From IMG/VR virus record IMGVR_UViG_3300046817_000765: a DNA stretch of 64,000 bases; one strand, given 5' to 3'. Under the pieces are notes generated by a model, which was not told where the DNA came from, did not search any database, and was given only the letters and a program-made list of their open reading frames with translations. The translations under genes were made by a program, and so were the position numbers. This stretch comes from a virus. Shown piece by piece: positions 16,804-26,467 of this stretch. How positions within the stretch are numbered: the stretch's first letter is position 1; the number at the start of each line of letters is the position of its first letter.

Positions 16804-17574
16804 ATGTCCGTCGTCGCTTTCATCCTCGCCGCGACCGACGCGGGGCCCATGATCGTCAACCGGCTGGACGTCTGCCAGACCGAGAGCGGCTTCTTCGGGA
16901 TCGGCGCCTCGCTGCTCAGCACCGGCGCCAGCCCCGAGGCCGCCGAGATCGCCGGGATCACCGGCCTGCTGCATCTGCGCCGCCAGCATCACGGCGACGG
17001 CGTGGTGGTGATGGATATCGGCGCCAACATCGGCACCCACGCCTTGGCGTGGGGCAAGGCCATGCGCGGCTGGGGCCGCGTCATGGCGGTCGAGGCGCAG
17101 CAGCGGGTTTACTACGCCCTGTGCGGGAACGTCGCGCTGAACAACCTGTTCAACGTCACGGCCGTCCACGGGGCGGTGGGCGAGGCCAACGGGATCATCA
17201 CGATCCCCGAACTCGACCACGAGCGCTCGGCCTCGTTCGGCTCACTCGAACTGCGCCGCGTCACCGGCGAGGATATCGGCCAGACGCCAACAAGCGAAAC
17301 GAGCGTCGCGATGTTCACGATCGATGATGCCATGCGGGGCGGGCGCGTCGATCTGATCAAGCTCGACATCGAGGGCATGGAACTCGACGCCCTGGCCGGC
17401 GCGGAGGCGACCGTCGCGAAGTATCACCCCGTCATCGTCGCCGAATGGACGAAATGCGGCGAAGCCCCGCTGAGCGCCTGGCTCACCGCGCGCGGCTACA
17501 CCGTCCACGGCACCGGCATGAACACCCTCGCCGTCCACGCCGACGATCCGATCCGGGCGGGGTTCGCCGCCTAG
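16804..17574 (+). CDS. FkbM-family SAM methyltransferase
   Basis: 'VMDIGANIGTH', 'VMAVEAQ', 'VDLIKLDIEGMELDALAG'. Confidence 0.9.
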   Translation: MSVVAFILAATDAGPMIVNRLDVCQTESGFFGIGASLLSTGASPEAAEIAGITGLLHLRRQHHGDGVVVMDIGANIGTHALAWGKAMRGWGRVMAVEAQQRVYYALCGNVALNNLFNVTAVHGAVGEANGIITIPELDHERSASFGSLELRRVTGEDIGQTPTSETSVAMFTIDDAMRGGRVDLIKLDIEGMELDALAGAEATVAKYHPVIVAEWTKCGEAPLSAWLTARGYTVHGTGMNTLAVHADDPIRAGFAA

Positions 17575-17801
17575 CAGCCGGCCTCCGCGTCGGGAACCAG
17601 ATGCGGCCTGGGCGCGGGCGGCAGCATCTGGGCGGCCTGCTCGCGGGCGAGCGCGTCCAGTTGGCCCTGCACCTGGTGTTTGAACGTCAGCAGCGTGTCC
17701 GCCACTTCCTCGAAAGGCTGGCGGCCCAGCACGCGCTGAATGTCGTTGAAGGTTTCCAGGCTCATGGTCAGCGTGACGGTGGGGTTGTTCATCGGTGTCA
17801 T
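17571..17801 (-). CDS. small hypothetical protein
   Basis: End of the late operon, convergent with FkbM. Confidence 0.6.
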   Translation of the reverse strand: MTPMNNPTVTLTMSLETFNDIQRVLGRQPFEEVADTLLTFKHQVQGQLDALAREQAAQMLPPAPRPHLVPDAEAGC

Positions 17802-17811
17802 TGGTGGCTCC

Positions 17812-19839
17812 TCATGCCGTGGTTGAGTCGGTCAGCAGCCCGGTCGCGGCGATGGCCGTGAGCAGGGACGCGAGCGCGGCGTTGCCGCCGCGCGATCCGG
17901 TTACGGCCGGTTTGGCGACCGGCGCCGTGCCGTTGAAGCCCGGTCGTTGCATCGAGACGTTGGCCGCGAACACGATGTTGCCGGAACCGCTCGGCAGCAT
18001 CACGATGTCGGTCCCCCCGGTAGAGCCGGGAGAAACCAGCAGCGCGTTGTTCGCGGGTCCGCCCACGGTCAACCCGTTGGCCGCCGTCAGCCCGCCCGAG
18101 CCGCTCACCGTCAGCCCGCCAGACCCGCTCGTCGCGAGTGTGACCGCGTTGCTCGCCCCCGCGCCCGGTGTGACCGTCAGGATGCTGTTGGTGCCGCCGC
18201 CGATAATCATCGGCGCGGCGAACTGGAACCCGGCGGTGCCGGCGTTGGAAAAATACACCGGGCTGGAGGGGTTCGCGCCCGGCGCGATCGTCATGTTGTT
18301 CTGCGTGCCGCCACCGGGCGTGCCGACCTGAAGGAACGACCCGCCGACCTGGACGGAGGGGGCGCTCAGCAGCAGGTAGGTGCCGCTGGCGGCCAACGTG
18401 GCGACGGCGCCGACCGTGGCACCGGGCGTCATGGTGAGCACGTTCCTGGACCCGGAGCCCACGATCAGGGGACCGGCGGCGCCCACCGTGACGCCGCCCA
18501 CGCCACTCGCCGAGAGCAGGATGGCATTGGCGCCCGCCACGCCCGGCAGGATGCTCAGGATGTTCTGCGTCCCGCCGCCGACCACGATGCCGGTCGTCCC
18601 GGTGAACTGGACCCCGGCGGTGCCGCTGACACCCAGCACGACAGTACTGGCCGCCGTGGCGCCGGGCGTGACCGTCAGGGTGTTGTTGGGGCTCACGCCA
18701 ACGGAGAGGCCCCCCGTGCCTGGCGTCACCGCGATCCCACCCGTCCCGCTCGCCGCGATCAGGGCGGCGGTGGCGGCCGTGGCACCTGGCGTGAAGGCCA
18801 GGGTGTTCTTCGGGTTGGCGCCGAACGTCACCCGCCCGTTGTTCCGCTCGATCATGAAGGCGTAGCCGAGCGGGGCGCCGGTATCGTCGAACGGCATCAT
18901 CGCGAACCGGGTGCCCAGGTTGCCGGTGCTCTCGGCCGCGGTGTCGCCGATGTGGACGCCCCAGCGCATGACGCCGTTGCGCTGCGCCGACAGATACCCG
19001 GTGTCGGAGTTCCCGGTGACCGAATTGAACTTCACGCCCGGCCAGCCGGGCCCGGTGCTGTTGATGTAGAGGTTCGGGTCGTTGACCCCGTTGATGGTGA
19101 TCGGCGCCTTGGACGAGAGGCCGTCCGCCAGATCGACGATGCCGGTGTCGCGCCAGATCTTGAACGGGTAGTCCAGCAGCGTGCCGGTATCGTCGAAGCG
19201 GGCGAACTGAAGGTGCGAGCCGGTGTTCAGCGCGACGTCGCTCTCGATATCGACCGAGCCGAGATGCAGGCCCCAGCGGCGAAGGTTGTTGACCCGGCCC
19301 GAGATCAGGTTCGCGCCCATCACGCCCGAGGTCGCGCGGGCGTGGTTGAGGATCATCTCGGGCCAGGTGGTATCGCCCGCGATGGTGTTCTCGATCACCA
19401 CCTGGGCCCGGTCGGCCGGGTCGGAGGCGAACACGTGCAGGCCCGCGACGGTGGCGCCGGAGTAGGTCACCGCGAGGTGGGCGAAGGTGCCGGTCCCGCT
19501 GACCGTCAGGTCGCCCGTTATGTTGGAGCCGAGCGAGGTCGGCGCCGGAGCCCAGGCGGAATTGACCCGGCAGTAGTAAAGCCCGTCGGTCGGCGCCTCG
19601 GGGATGCCCACGCCGCCCCCGGCGATCAGCGCGTCGACGTAGGCCTTGGAGGCCGCGTGCAGCGGCTGGGTCGGCGTGTTGCCGAGCGTCAGATCGCCGA
19701 GGACCGAGGGGTTGGTCAGCCAGCCGCCGGTGGCGTCGACCTTCTGGCTGAACCAGTAATTCCACTCCTGGGCGAGCGGCACCTGGTTCGGCTGAATCTG
19801 GGGATCGCTGTTGGTCCCGACGGTGTTGGTGGCGCTCAT
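17812..19839 (-). CDS. tail fibre/spike protein with ~40-aa repeats
   Basis: Start MSATNT at 19839; 'GIPEAPTDGLYY' fibre linker; repeated 'N.LT.TPGA...L..SG..G'. Confidence 0.8.
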   Translation of the reverse strand: MSATNTVGTNSDPQIQPNQVPLAQEWNYWFSQKVDATGGWLTNPSVLGDLTLGNTPTQPLHAASKAYVDALIAGGGVGIPEAPTDGLYYCRVNSAWAPAPTSLGSNITGDLTVSGTGTFAHLAVTYSGATVAGLHVFASDPADRAQVVIENTIAGDTTWPEMILNHARATSGVMGANLISGRVNNLRRWGLHLGSVDIESDVALNTGSHLQFARFDDTGTLLDYPFKIWRDTGIVDLADGLSSKAPITINGVNDPNLYINSTGPGWPGVKFNSVTGNSDTGYLSAQRNGVMRWGVHIGDTAAESTGNLGTRFAMMPFDDTGAPLGYAFMIERNNGRVTFGANPKNTLAFTPGATAATAALIAASGTGGIAVTPGTGGLSVGVSPNNTLTVTPGATAASTVVLGVSGTAGVQFTGTTGIVVGGGTQNILSILPGVAGANAILLSASGVGGVTVGAAGPLIVGSGSRNVLTMTPGATVGAVATLAASGTYLLLSAPSVQVGGSFLQVGTPGGGTQNNMTIAPGANPSSPVYFSNAGTAGFQFAAPMIIGGGTNSILTVTPGAGASNAVTLATSGSGGLTVSGSGGLTAANGLTVGGPANNALLVSPGSTGGTDIVMLPSGSGNIVFAANVSMQRPGFNGTAPVAKPAVTGSRGGNAALASLLTAIAATGLLTDSTTA

Positions 19840-20249
19840 GCTGGCACTTTCCCGAGGCCCACGTTGGTCGCCTGGATCACGAACGGGCCGGTGCCCGCGA
19901 TCGGCCCCAGCACCTGGAAGTCGCCCGCCGTCGAGGTGCATTGCACCTGGCCGGTGACCACCCGATCCACCGTCACCACGATGAACGCCTGCGCGAACGT
20001 CACGCCCGGCACCGTCTCGGCGGCGTGCGTCAGTTCCGCCTTGAGCAGCGGCAGCGGCGGGGTCTCGCCGAGGATGTCCTCGAAATACCGCACCCCGCGC
20101 GTCGTGTCGTAATAGCACTCGGCGCGGAACAGGCGGATCGCCGAGGCCACGTCCTGGGCCAGCGAATAGGGCTCGGAGGCGACGGCGATGTTGCCGAAGG
20201 CGTCCAGGCACAGATCCCAGATCAGCGTGTCCAGCAGCAGGGTTTTCAT
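19836..20249 (-). CDS. baseplate wedge protein (gp25/W-like)
   Basis: 'MKTLLLD..WDL.LDA.GNIAVA..PYSLAQDVASAIRLF..ECYYDTTRG'. Confidence 0.8.
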   Translation of the reverse strand: MKTLLLDTLIWDLCLDAFGNIAVASEPYSLAQDVASAIRLFRAECYYDTTRGVRYFEDILGETPPLPLLKAELTHAAETVPGVTFAQAFIVVTVDRVVTGQVQCTSTAGDFQVLGPIAGTGPFVIQATNVGLGKVPA

Positions 20250-20818
20250 CGGCTCAGGCGGCGGGCGGCGAGCACGACGCCGCTGTCGATGACCAGCGTG
20301 TTCGACGGCAAGGTGGTCGAGAACCCGCCGACGACCTGTTGGCAGGCGTAGGTGAAGTTCGCGACCGCGTTGGTCAGCGCGACGAATTCGGCCGCCGGCC
20401 ACGCCCGCTCGGCGCCGTCGACGTCGGGCCAGTTGAACGTGACGTCTCCACCCGGCAGGCCGAGGCCCGCGTTGATCTGCGCCACGACGCCGGTCATCGA
20501 ATGGCGCACGCTCTCGTTGTTCGGGTAGGTCGCGCTGAGCGCCGGCACCGTCACGCATTGCACGATGACCGGCTGGCTCATCATCGCCGTGGCCTCATCG
20601 GCCGGCGTCAGGACCGGCGGCGGCGGCGTGTAAGGCACCAGCGCGCCGCCCTGGACCGCCCACATCCGCTCGGTCCGCGCGTCCCACTGCTGGGGCGTGA
20701 GCGCCATCATGTCCTCGGGCGGCGGCGGGTTCGGATAGGTCAGCGCGTCGGTGTCATACCAGCCGAGCACCGGCTGCGGCGCGGGCCGTGAACTGTCAAA
20801 ATGCGCGAATTGCGGCAT
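20246..20818 (-). CDS. tail fibre assembly protein (DUF4376-like)
   Basis: 'FAHFD...VLGWYDTD...P'; directly after the fibre gene. Confidence 0.7.
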   Translation of the reverse strand: MPQFAHFDSSRPAPQPVLGWYDTDALTYPNPPPPEDMMALTPQQWDARTERMWAVQGGALVPYTPPPPVLTPADEATAMMSQPVIVQCVTVPALSATYPNNESVRHSMTGVVAQINAGLGLPGGDVTFNWPDVDGAERAWPAAEFVALTNAVANFTYACQQVVGGFSTTLPSNTLVIDSGVVLAARRLSR

Positions 20819-20820
20819 GG

Positions 20821-22452
20821 TCAGAAACCTATCGCGATGACGAAACAGGCGAAGGGCGGCGTGAAAAACGGGGTAGTCAGCGTGGCGCCGAACTGCGCGT
20901 TGTTGATCTGGGAGATTCCCAGTGACGAAGGCGACGTGGTGCTGACATCGTAGCCGAATGAGCCCACCACGACGAAGCAGAAGTTGGGAAACGCGATCGG
21001 GAAATTCCACACCGAGGTCTGTTGCGTGGGCACGCCGATGGACAGCCACTGAATGATCAGCCCGTCCGGGAACCTCTGATAGCTGCCGTTCAACGGGAAG
21101 TCGTTGAGGTTGAGCACGCGGGTGCCGTCGCCCGTTCCGGTGGCCCCGACCGAAAGTCTCGCGCTTTCCGCCACGAAGGCGTGCGCGATCGAGAGGTTCC
21201 CGACGCCGTCGAGCACCATCCCGTTCCCACTCGGGGTGGCCCAGGAGCGGGTGCCGTTCTGCCCGTTCCACAGGTCGTACCAGCCGCCCGCGCGGTAGAC
21301 CTGGTATTTGTGGCCGCCGTTGACGCGATCCACCTGGAACGACCACTCGCGGCCATTGAAGTCGTTCGGGCTGAAGTACGTCCCGGCATACATCGCGGCG
21401 GGCGTCAGGATTTGCCCGGTGACGGAGAAATTGCCCACCGGGTCCAGCGACATCAGCGTCTGTTCGCCGCCGCCGGCCGCGCCCACCCAGGACCGCGTGC
21501 CGTTCGAACCGTTCCAGAAATCGTACCAATGGGAGCGATAAAACTGGAACTTGTGGCCAGCGGAGGGATCGACCTGAAACGACCACTCGCGGCCGCGGTC
21601 GGCGTTCGGCGAGAAGAAGCTGCCCGCGTAGATGCCCTGACCCACGACGACCTGGCCGTTGACGTTGGCGTGCCCGTCGACCTGAAGCGCGTTGCCGGCG
21701 ATCAGCGCGGTCGTGGGCGTGGCGGTGACGTGCAGCGATCCGACACTCGCCGCTCCCCCCACGGTGGCCCCGTTGGTGGCGGTCAGGATCGAGGCGGAAA
21801 CGGTGCCGCCCGCCGTCAGGTTGCGGACGTTGGAGACATCGCCCACGTCGCTCAGCGTGAAGATCTCGGCGGTGTAAGCGTTGTTGACCACCGATAGGTT
21901 GCCGTTGACCGCGCGCAGCCACTTGCGCGGCGTGACCGTGCCGTTGCCGACGAAGGCGATCCCGGCGCCAGCGGAGGCGGCGGTCGTCCCGAGCCCCACC
22001 GCCGCGGTGACCGTCAGGCCGGCGACGTTGGGATCGGGGAACTGCGGGGTCTGCCAGCCGCCGCCGCCCGCGTCCGGGTTCGAGAGGTTGTTGTCGGCCG
22101 TCGATTGCCAGATGAGGTTCGGGACCGTGTTGGAGCCGACGCGTGCCTCGGCCGGGTAGCCGCCGATCGCGCCCTGGAAGGTCGGGTCGTAGCGGATCGG
22201 CCCGCCCGCCTGCTGCCAGCGCTCCCAGGCGGTGATCTGGTTGAGCACGCCGTTCATGTCGGCGCCGAACGGCGGCACGCCGCCGGCCGCGACGGGGGTG
22301 AAGGTCAGCGGCGGGAAGCCGTCCGAGAAGCTGGCCGCGCCCGGCGTGACGTGGATTTGCGAGGCGTTCGGCACCGGGCGGATAAAACCCGCTCCGGCGC
22401 CCGAGGCCCACGGCGTCGGCATCTTCAGAGGTTGGCTGGTTACTCGCTGCAT
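20821..22452 (-). CDS. tail fibre protein
   Basis: N-terminal 'GAASFSDGFPPLTF...GGVPPFGADMNG'; C-terminal 'YQRFPDGLIIQW...FPIAFPN'; duplicated ~70-aa module. Confidence 0.88.
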   Translation of the reverse strand: MQRVTSQPLKMPTPWASGAGAGFIRPVPNASQIHVTPGAASFSDGFPPLTFTPVAAGGVPPFGADMNGVLNQITAWERWQQAGGPIRYDPTFQGAIGGYPAEARVGSNTVPNLIWQSTADNNLSNPDAGGGGWQTPQFPDPNVAGLTVTAAVGLGTTAASAGAGIAFVGNGTVTPRKWLRAVNGNLSVVNNAYTAEIFTLSDVGDVSNVRNLTAGGTVSASILTATNGATVGGAASVGSLHVTATPTTALIAGNALQVDGHANVNGQVVVGQGIYAGSFFSPNADRGREWSFQVDPSAGHKFQFYRSHWYDFWNGSNGTRSWVGAAGGGEQTLMSLDPVGNFSVTGQILTPAAMYAGTYFSPNDFNGREWSFQVDRVNGGHKYQVYRAGGWYDLWNGQNGTRSWATPSGNGMVLDGVGNLSIAHAFVAESARLSVGATGTGDGTRVLNLNDFPLNGSYQRFPDGLIIQWLSIGVPTQQTSVWNFPIAFPNFCFVVVGSFGYDVSTTSPSSLGISQINNAQFGATLTTPFFTPPFACFVIAIGF

Positions 22453-22460
22453 GGCACCTC

Positions 22461-23486
22461 TCAGATGACCGTGGCTGTGGCGCGCACGCTGCCCGTCCCG
22501 CCGATCCGCGCCGCGCCGGCCTCCCTCTCCACCGCCCCGACACGCACGAGACCGGCCCCGGCGACGATGGCGCCAGCAGCCGCGACCGTGTGTGTCCCCG
22601 CGGCGCGCACGCCACCGGCCCCGGCGATCGCCGCGCCGGCCTGGACCCCGCGCCGGATCACGGCGTCCGCCTGGACCCCGCCCAGGCCCGCCACGCGGGC
22701 CGCTCCGGGGAAGGTGCCGGCGAGGTGAACGGAGGCGTCCACCTGGACCGAGCCCACGCCGCCCAGGACGGCCGCCGTGGCCCCCCGGACCACCGGGTTG
22801 GCGATCACCCGGCCGGAGCCGGCGAACAGCGACGGGGCGAGGCTGACCCCGCCTCCCGCGCGCATCCCGCCGCGCCCGTCGATCTGGGCCGCGGCCGCCT
22901 GGCGCAGCCACGAGGGCTGGCCGAAACTGTAGGTGACGTTGACCCCGGTCGGCCTCGGGAGCACCCCGGACTGGCTGATGATCGCGGCGACCACCCGCGG
23001 CGGGAGGAACTCGAAGACGTAACTGAGCGACATGTTCCGGTTGTCGGCGATGTAGGTTTTGCCCAGCGAGCCGAACAGATTGATCAGCAGTTGGTTGGTC
23101 GCCGGGATCGAGCCGTCGATGATGTTGAACGCGGCCTTGGCCAGGATCAGCACCCGGTAGCCGTCGTCGCTCAGCGCGAAATTGCCGGTCAGCGGCTCGT
23201 TGTTGAAGAAGATGCCCTGATTGAACGGCCACGCCGACAGCGCGGTGGCCTCCTCGAAGCCGAACCACGGGTCGTCGACCTGGATCTTCAGCACCCGATC
23301 GACCGCGACGATGCGGCCCCAGACATCGAGGCCGTAGCCCTGGGCGGTGTCGACGTTCCAGACGAGGTCGTAAAACGCATCGAGGTTCGCCGTCGGGTCG
23401 AGCCACTGATTGACGGCGTAAAGTAGAGTTTGAATAGTTGGTGCCTGGTTGTACTGGCTTATTACCGTGCCCTGCCAGTTGATCAC
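22461..23486 (-). CDS. DUF2612-like baseplate wedge protein with Gly/Ala repeat extension
   Basis: 'TVISQY...WNVDTAQGYGLDVWGRIV...LSDDGYRVLILAKA'. Confidence 0.85.
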   Translation of the reverse strand: MINWQGTVISQYNQAPTIQTLLYAVNQWLDPTANLDAFYDLVWNVDTAQGYGLDVWGRIVAVDRVLKIQVDDPWFGFEEATALSAWPFNQGIFFNNEPLTGNFALSDDGYRVLILAKAAFNIIDGSIPATNQLLINLFGSLGKTYIADNRNMSLSYVFEFLPPRVVAAIISQSGVLPRPTGVNVTYSFGQPSWLRQAAAAQIDGRGGMRAGGGVSLAPSLFAGSGRVIANPVVRGATAAVLGGVGSVQVDASVHLAGTFPGAARVAGLGGVQADAVIRRGVQAGAAIAGAGGVRAAGTHTVAAAGAIVAGAGLVRVGAVEREAGAARIGGTGSVRATATVI

Positions 23487-24934
23487 GGCGAGGCCACCAG
23501 CGCGACCGAGATATTGGCCGCCGAGAGGACCGGCACATGGGCGATCCCCACATGCACGTCGTCGAGCGTGGCGACCATCGAGGTGATCGCGGTCCCGGCC
23601 GGTATGCCGGTGACCAGGCTCTGGTTGAGGTTGTAGGTGCCCACCCCGCCGATCCCGGTGCCCAGCGAGGCGATCTGGGTGCCGTCAGGGATTCCATTGC
23701 CGACCAAGGTCTGGCCCACGGCCAGCCCAGAGCCGGCGGTCACCGTCAGCACGTTGGAGTTGGCCGGCACGGAGCCCACGATCCCGGCCGAGGCCCCGGC
23801 GGCGGTCGAGCCGAGCTTGATCGAGACGAGCTGGACCCAGGCGCCGAGGCGCGCGACCGGGGCGTAGTAACGCGAGGCGTAAACGATCGACCCGATCCGC
23901 GCCCGGCTGCCCCCGTCATCGCCGGCCCAGGCGGTCAGGATCGCGTTCCGCACCTGGATCAGCGCGTCCTGCGGCACCGATGGTGAATTGACCAGCGTGA
24001 CGTTGACGATGAACGTCTGCGGGATCGCGATCTGAAACGATATCTGATAGCTGGGCGCGGGCGGCGCATAGCCTCCGTTGTCGTCGGTCACGACCACCGT
24101 GGTCGATCCGGCCATGTTGCAGCCGGGCGCCTTCTTGGTGAAAATGGCGTGCGCGATGTCGCTCGACAGGCCGCCGGCCGCGCAGACGTAGAGCGAGTGC
24201 GGCGGCAGGGTGATCCCGTCGAGGATGACCGGCGTGTCGGTGAAGTTCTCCGTCGTGTAGGCGTCCAGCACGTTGGGCGCGCTCAGCACGGCGCCTTGCA
24301 CCGAGGCCAGCATGCCCATCGAGTTGGCGGCGACCGAGTTGTAGCGGCGGCGCTCGAACTGTGCACGGCTCTCGACATCCTGGCCGACCACGCCGTCGCT
24401 GTTGTTGAAGATCGAATCCCAGCCGGGGATCACCTGCCAGACCTGGTTCAGCGATCCGGTCGGGCAGGCCACGGGCCCGGTGATGTCGCACTGGAACGGC
24501 AGCGTCACCGTGCCGTCGGCCCCGATCGTGCCGCCTCCGGTGGCGGCGTAGAAGTTACCGTCGGTCGCCTTCGCCAGCACGCCGGGCGGGATCACCACGC
24601 CCTGCAGCCCGCGACAGGTCGCCTGCACCGTCGTCGGCAGCGCCGGGTTCCGTTCCAGGAAGTAAATGCGCGCGATGCCATCCTGCATCCGGCCTTGCGC
24701 GTAGGAGGGGTCGACGTTCTGCGTCAGCAACAGGAACTGGTCGTTGGTGTCGGAGATGATCGCGGTCTGGGTGCTGGCCAGTTGACCTTGCGGGGTCTCC
24801 GGCGCGGGGTTCAGCCCGCCGCCGAAGCACGCCTGCAGGTCGGCCAGCACGCCCGCGAGGATGTCCGCCTCGGTCGGCAGCAGGAAGCCGGTCGCCGTGA
24901 ATACCGGGCGCGGAACGCTGGTCGTGCCACTCAA
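23483..24934 (-). CDS. baseplate J-like protein
   Basis: 'TPQGQLA...GRMQDGIARIY...GQDVESRAQFERRR'. Confidence 0.9.
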   Translation of the reverse strand: MSGTTSVPRPVFTATGFLLPTEADILAGVLADLQACFGGGLNPAPETPQGQLASTQTAIISDTNDQFLLLTQNVDPSYAQGRMQDGIARIYFLERNPALPTTVQATCRGLQGVVIPPGVLAKATDGNFYAATGGGTIGADGTVTLPFQCDITGPVACPTGSLNQVWQVIPGWDSIFNNSDGVVGQDVESRAQFERRRYNSVAANSMGMLASVQGAVLSAPNVLDAYTTENFTDTPVILDGITLPPHSLYVCAAGGLSSDIAHAIFTKKAPGCNMAGSTTVVVTDDNGGYAPPAPSYQISFQIAIPQTFIVNVTLVNSPSVPQDALIQVRNAILTAWAGDDGGSRARIGSIVYASRYYAPVARLGAWVQLVSIKLGSTAAGASAGIVGSVPANSNVLTVTAGSGLAVGQTLVGNGIPDGTQIASLGTGIGGVGTYNLNQSLVTGIPAGTAITSMVATLDDVHVGIAHVPVLSAANISVALVASP

Positions 24935-24952
24935 ATGGACCTCCCATCATCG

Positions 24953-25276
24953 TCATGCGACCGGAAAGAAGTAACCGAGGAAATAGCGGGTATCGAGGCC
25001 GGTCCAGTCGGGGTCGGCGAGGCCCTGGCTGTCCCAGAAGGCCAGATCGCCGACGAAGCCGAGGTAGCCGTCGCGCACGATCCGCACGCGATCCAGCGCC
25101 AGCACGCCGCCGATCACCAGCACGCCGTTGATGCCGAGATCGACATAGAGGCCGGTCGTGCGCTGGTAGACGTTGAGGTTGCAGTTCTGATTCTGCAATT
25201 GAACGCTGAGCACCTGAGACGGCACCGCGCGCAGCGGAATGATCTGGCGCGTCGTCGCGATCACGAACCCCGACAT
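24953..25276 (-). CDS. baseplate plug-like protein
   Basis: 'IPLRAVPSQ...L.VYQR..GLYVDL...GDLAFWDSQG..DPDWTGL..RY'. Confidence 0.75.
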   Translation of the reverse strand: MSGFVIATTRQIIPLRAVPSQVLSVQLQNQNCNLNVYQRTTGLYVDLGINGVLVIGGVLALDRVRIVRDGYLGFVGDLAFWDSQGLADPDWTGLDTRYFLGYFFPVA

Positions 25277-26466
25277 CAGAAGACCACCCCTGGCGACACG
25301 TTCAGCCCGGTAGAATTGACCTCTTCCCTGGGCTGCGGCGGGGCGGTCGCGGTCGGCATGTTGGTCGGCGGCGGGTCTTCCGATGGCCGCGCCCGGTCGG
25401 GGACCGGCGTGGGACCGGGCGGCGGGTCCGCTGGCGGCGGCACGGGTGGCGGGTCTTCCGACGGCCTGGCCCGATCCGGCGGCTTCCTCGGCCCTGGGTC
25501 CGTGCCCGGCGGGGCGTCGGTCGGCTGGGTCTGGCCGTTGTTGTTGGCCGGCTCCGAGGTGGGCGATTTCGGCTCGTTGGTGAACGAGGCGCCGGTGATG
25601 ATCCGCACCTCTTTGACCCACACGTCGACCACCAGCAGATTGACCCCGCGGCGGCTCTCCCGCGCGTATTCCAGGTGCGTGAGGTTGGCGCTGTAGTAAA
25701 GCGCCTCGGGCGTCACCACGGTGAACAACTCGAGCGAATTGACGGCGGCCTCGAGCGCGGCCAGCAGTTGCGTCCGCCGCGCCGCGCCGCCGGAACTGCC
25801 GACCACGAATGAAATCCGCACGTCGTACGGCACGGCGACCTTGTTGTAGCTGGCGAAGCCGCCGTCCTCGATCGGGAACTCGGCGACGCGCATCTCGCGC
25901 CGGTAGTCGATCTTGATCACGGTCTCCCACGGCGCCACCGGCAGGCCGTTCCGGTTGAAGATGCCCCAGCGCGGGCCGGTGAACATGCCGAGCGTGATAT
26001 CGGCGGTGACGAAGCCACCCAGGCTGGCGCTCAGCGACAGGCCGAACGGCGACAGCGAGACCCCGCCGGTCAGCGGGCCGATCCCGCCCGACAGCGAGCC
26101 GGTGATCCCGGCGGTCAGGCTGGCCGAGACATTGCCCCCGATACTGCCGCCCAGGGAGCCACCGATCCCCGCGTTCAGGCTGCCGCCTATGCCGACGCCG
26201 ACCGAGCCGGTCAGCCCGCCGAAACCCCCTCCCAGGCCCGCCGAGGCGTTGACGTTCACGCCAGCCCCGGTGATCCCCAGACTGGCTCCGAAACCCCCTG
26301 TCAGGGTCGGCACGCCCGGCCATTGCAGCACCGCCGGGGGCGGGGCGATGTTGAACCCGCCGGTCGCGGTCAGGCCGAACACCGGGTTGAGACCGATGCT
26401 CCCCGATATCCCGCCGGATATGCCGCCGATGCCGCCGGTGATGCCGCCGCCGATTGAGATCGACAT
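25276..26466 (-). CDS. baseplate/tail initiator (Dit-like) with Gly-rich N- and Pro-rich C-extensions
   Basis: 'EFPIEDGGFASYNKV..P...VTPE..Y' core. Confidence 0.75.
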   Translation of the reverse strand: MSISIGGGITGGIGGISGGISGSIGLNPVFGLTATGGFNIAPPPAVLQWPGVPTLTGGFGASLGITGAGVNVNASAGLGGGFGGLTGSVGVGIGGSLNAGIGGSLGGSIGGNVSASLTAGITGSLSGGIGPLTGGVSLSPFGLSLSASLGGFVTADITLGMFTGPRWGIFNRNGLPVAPWETVIKIDYRREMRVAEFPIEDGGFASYNKVAVPYDVRISFVVGSSGGAARRTQLLAALEAAVNSLELFTVVTPEALYYSANLTHLEYARESRRGVNLLVVDVWVKEVRIITGASFTNEPKSPTSEPANNNGQTQPTDAPPGTDPGPRKPPDRARPSEDPPPVPPPADPPPGPTPVPDRARPSEDPPPTNMPTATAPPQPREEVNSTGLNVSPGVVF

Positions 26467-26467
26467 C

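Noticed and set aside
17798-19765. Long alternative-frame ORFs (also 17947..20112, 32347..33777, 44999..47677, 55558..56859, 60164..61624)
   Set aside because: Arg/Gly/Pro-rich shadows of real genes in high-GC DNA, no motifs.
20821-22452. Diversity-generating retroelement
   Set aside because: No reverse transcriptase; duplicated modules differ throughout, not only at adenines.
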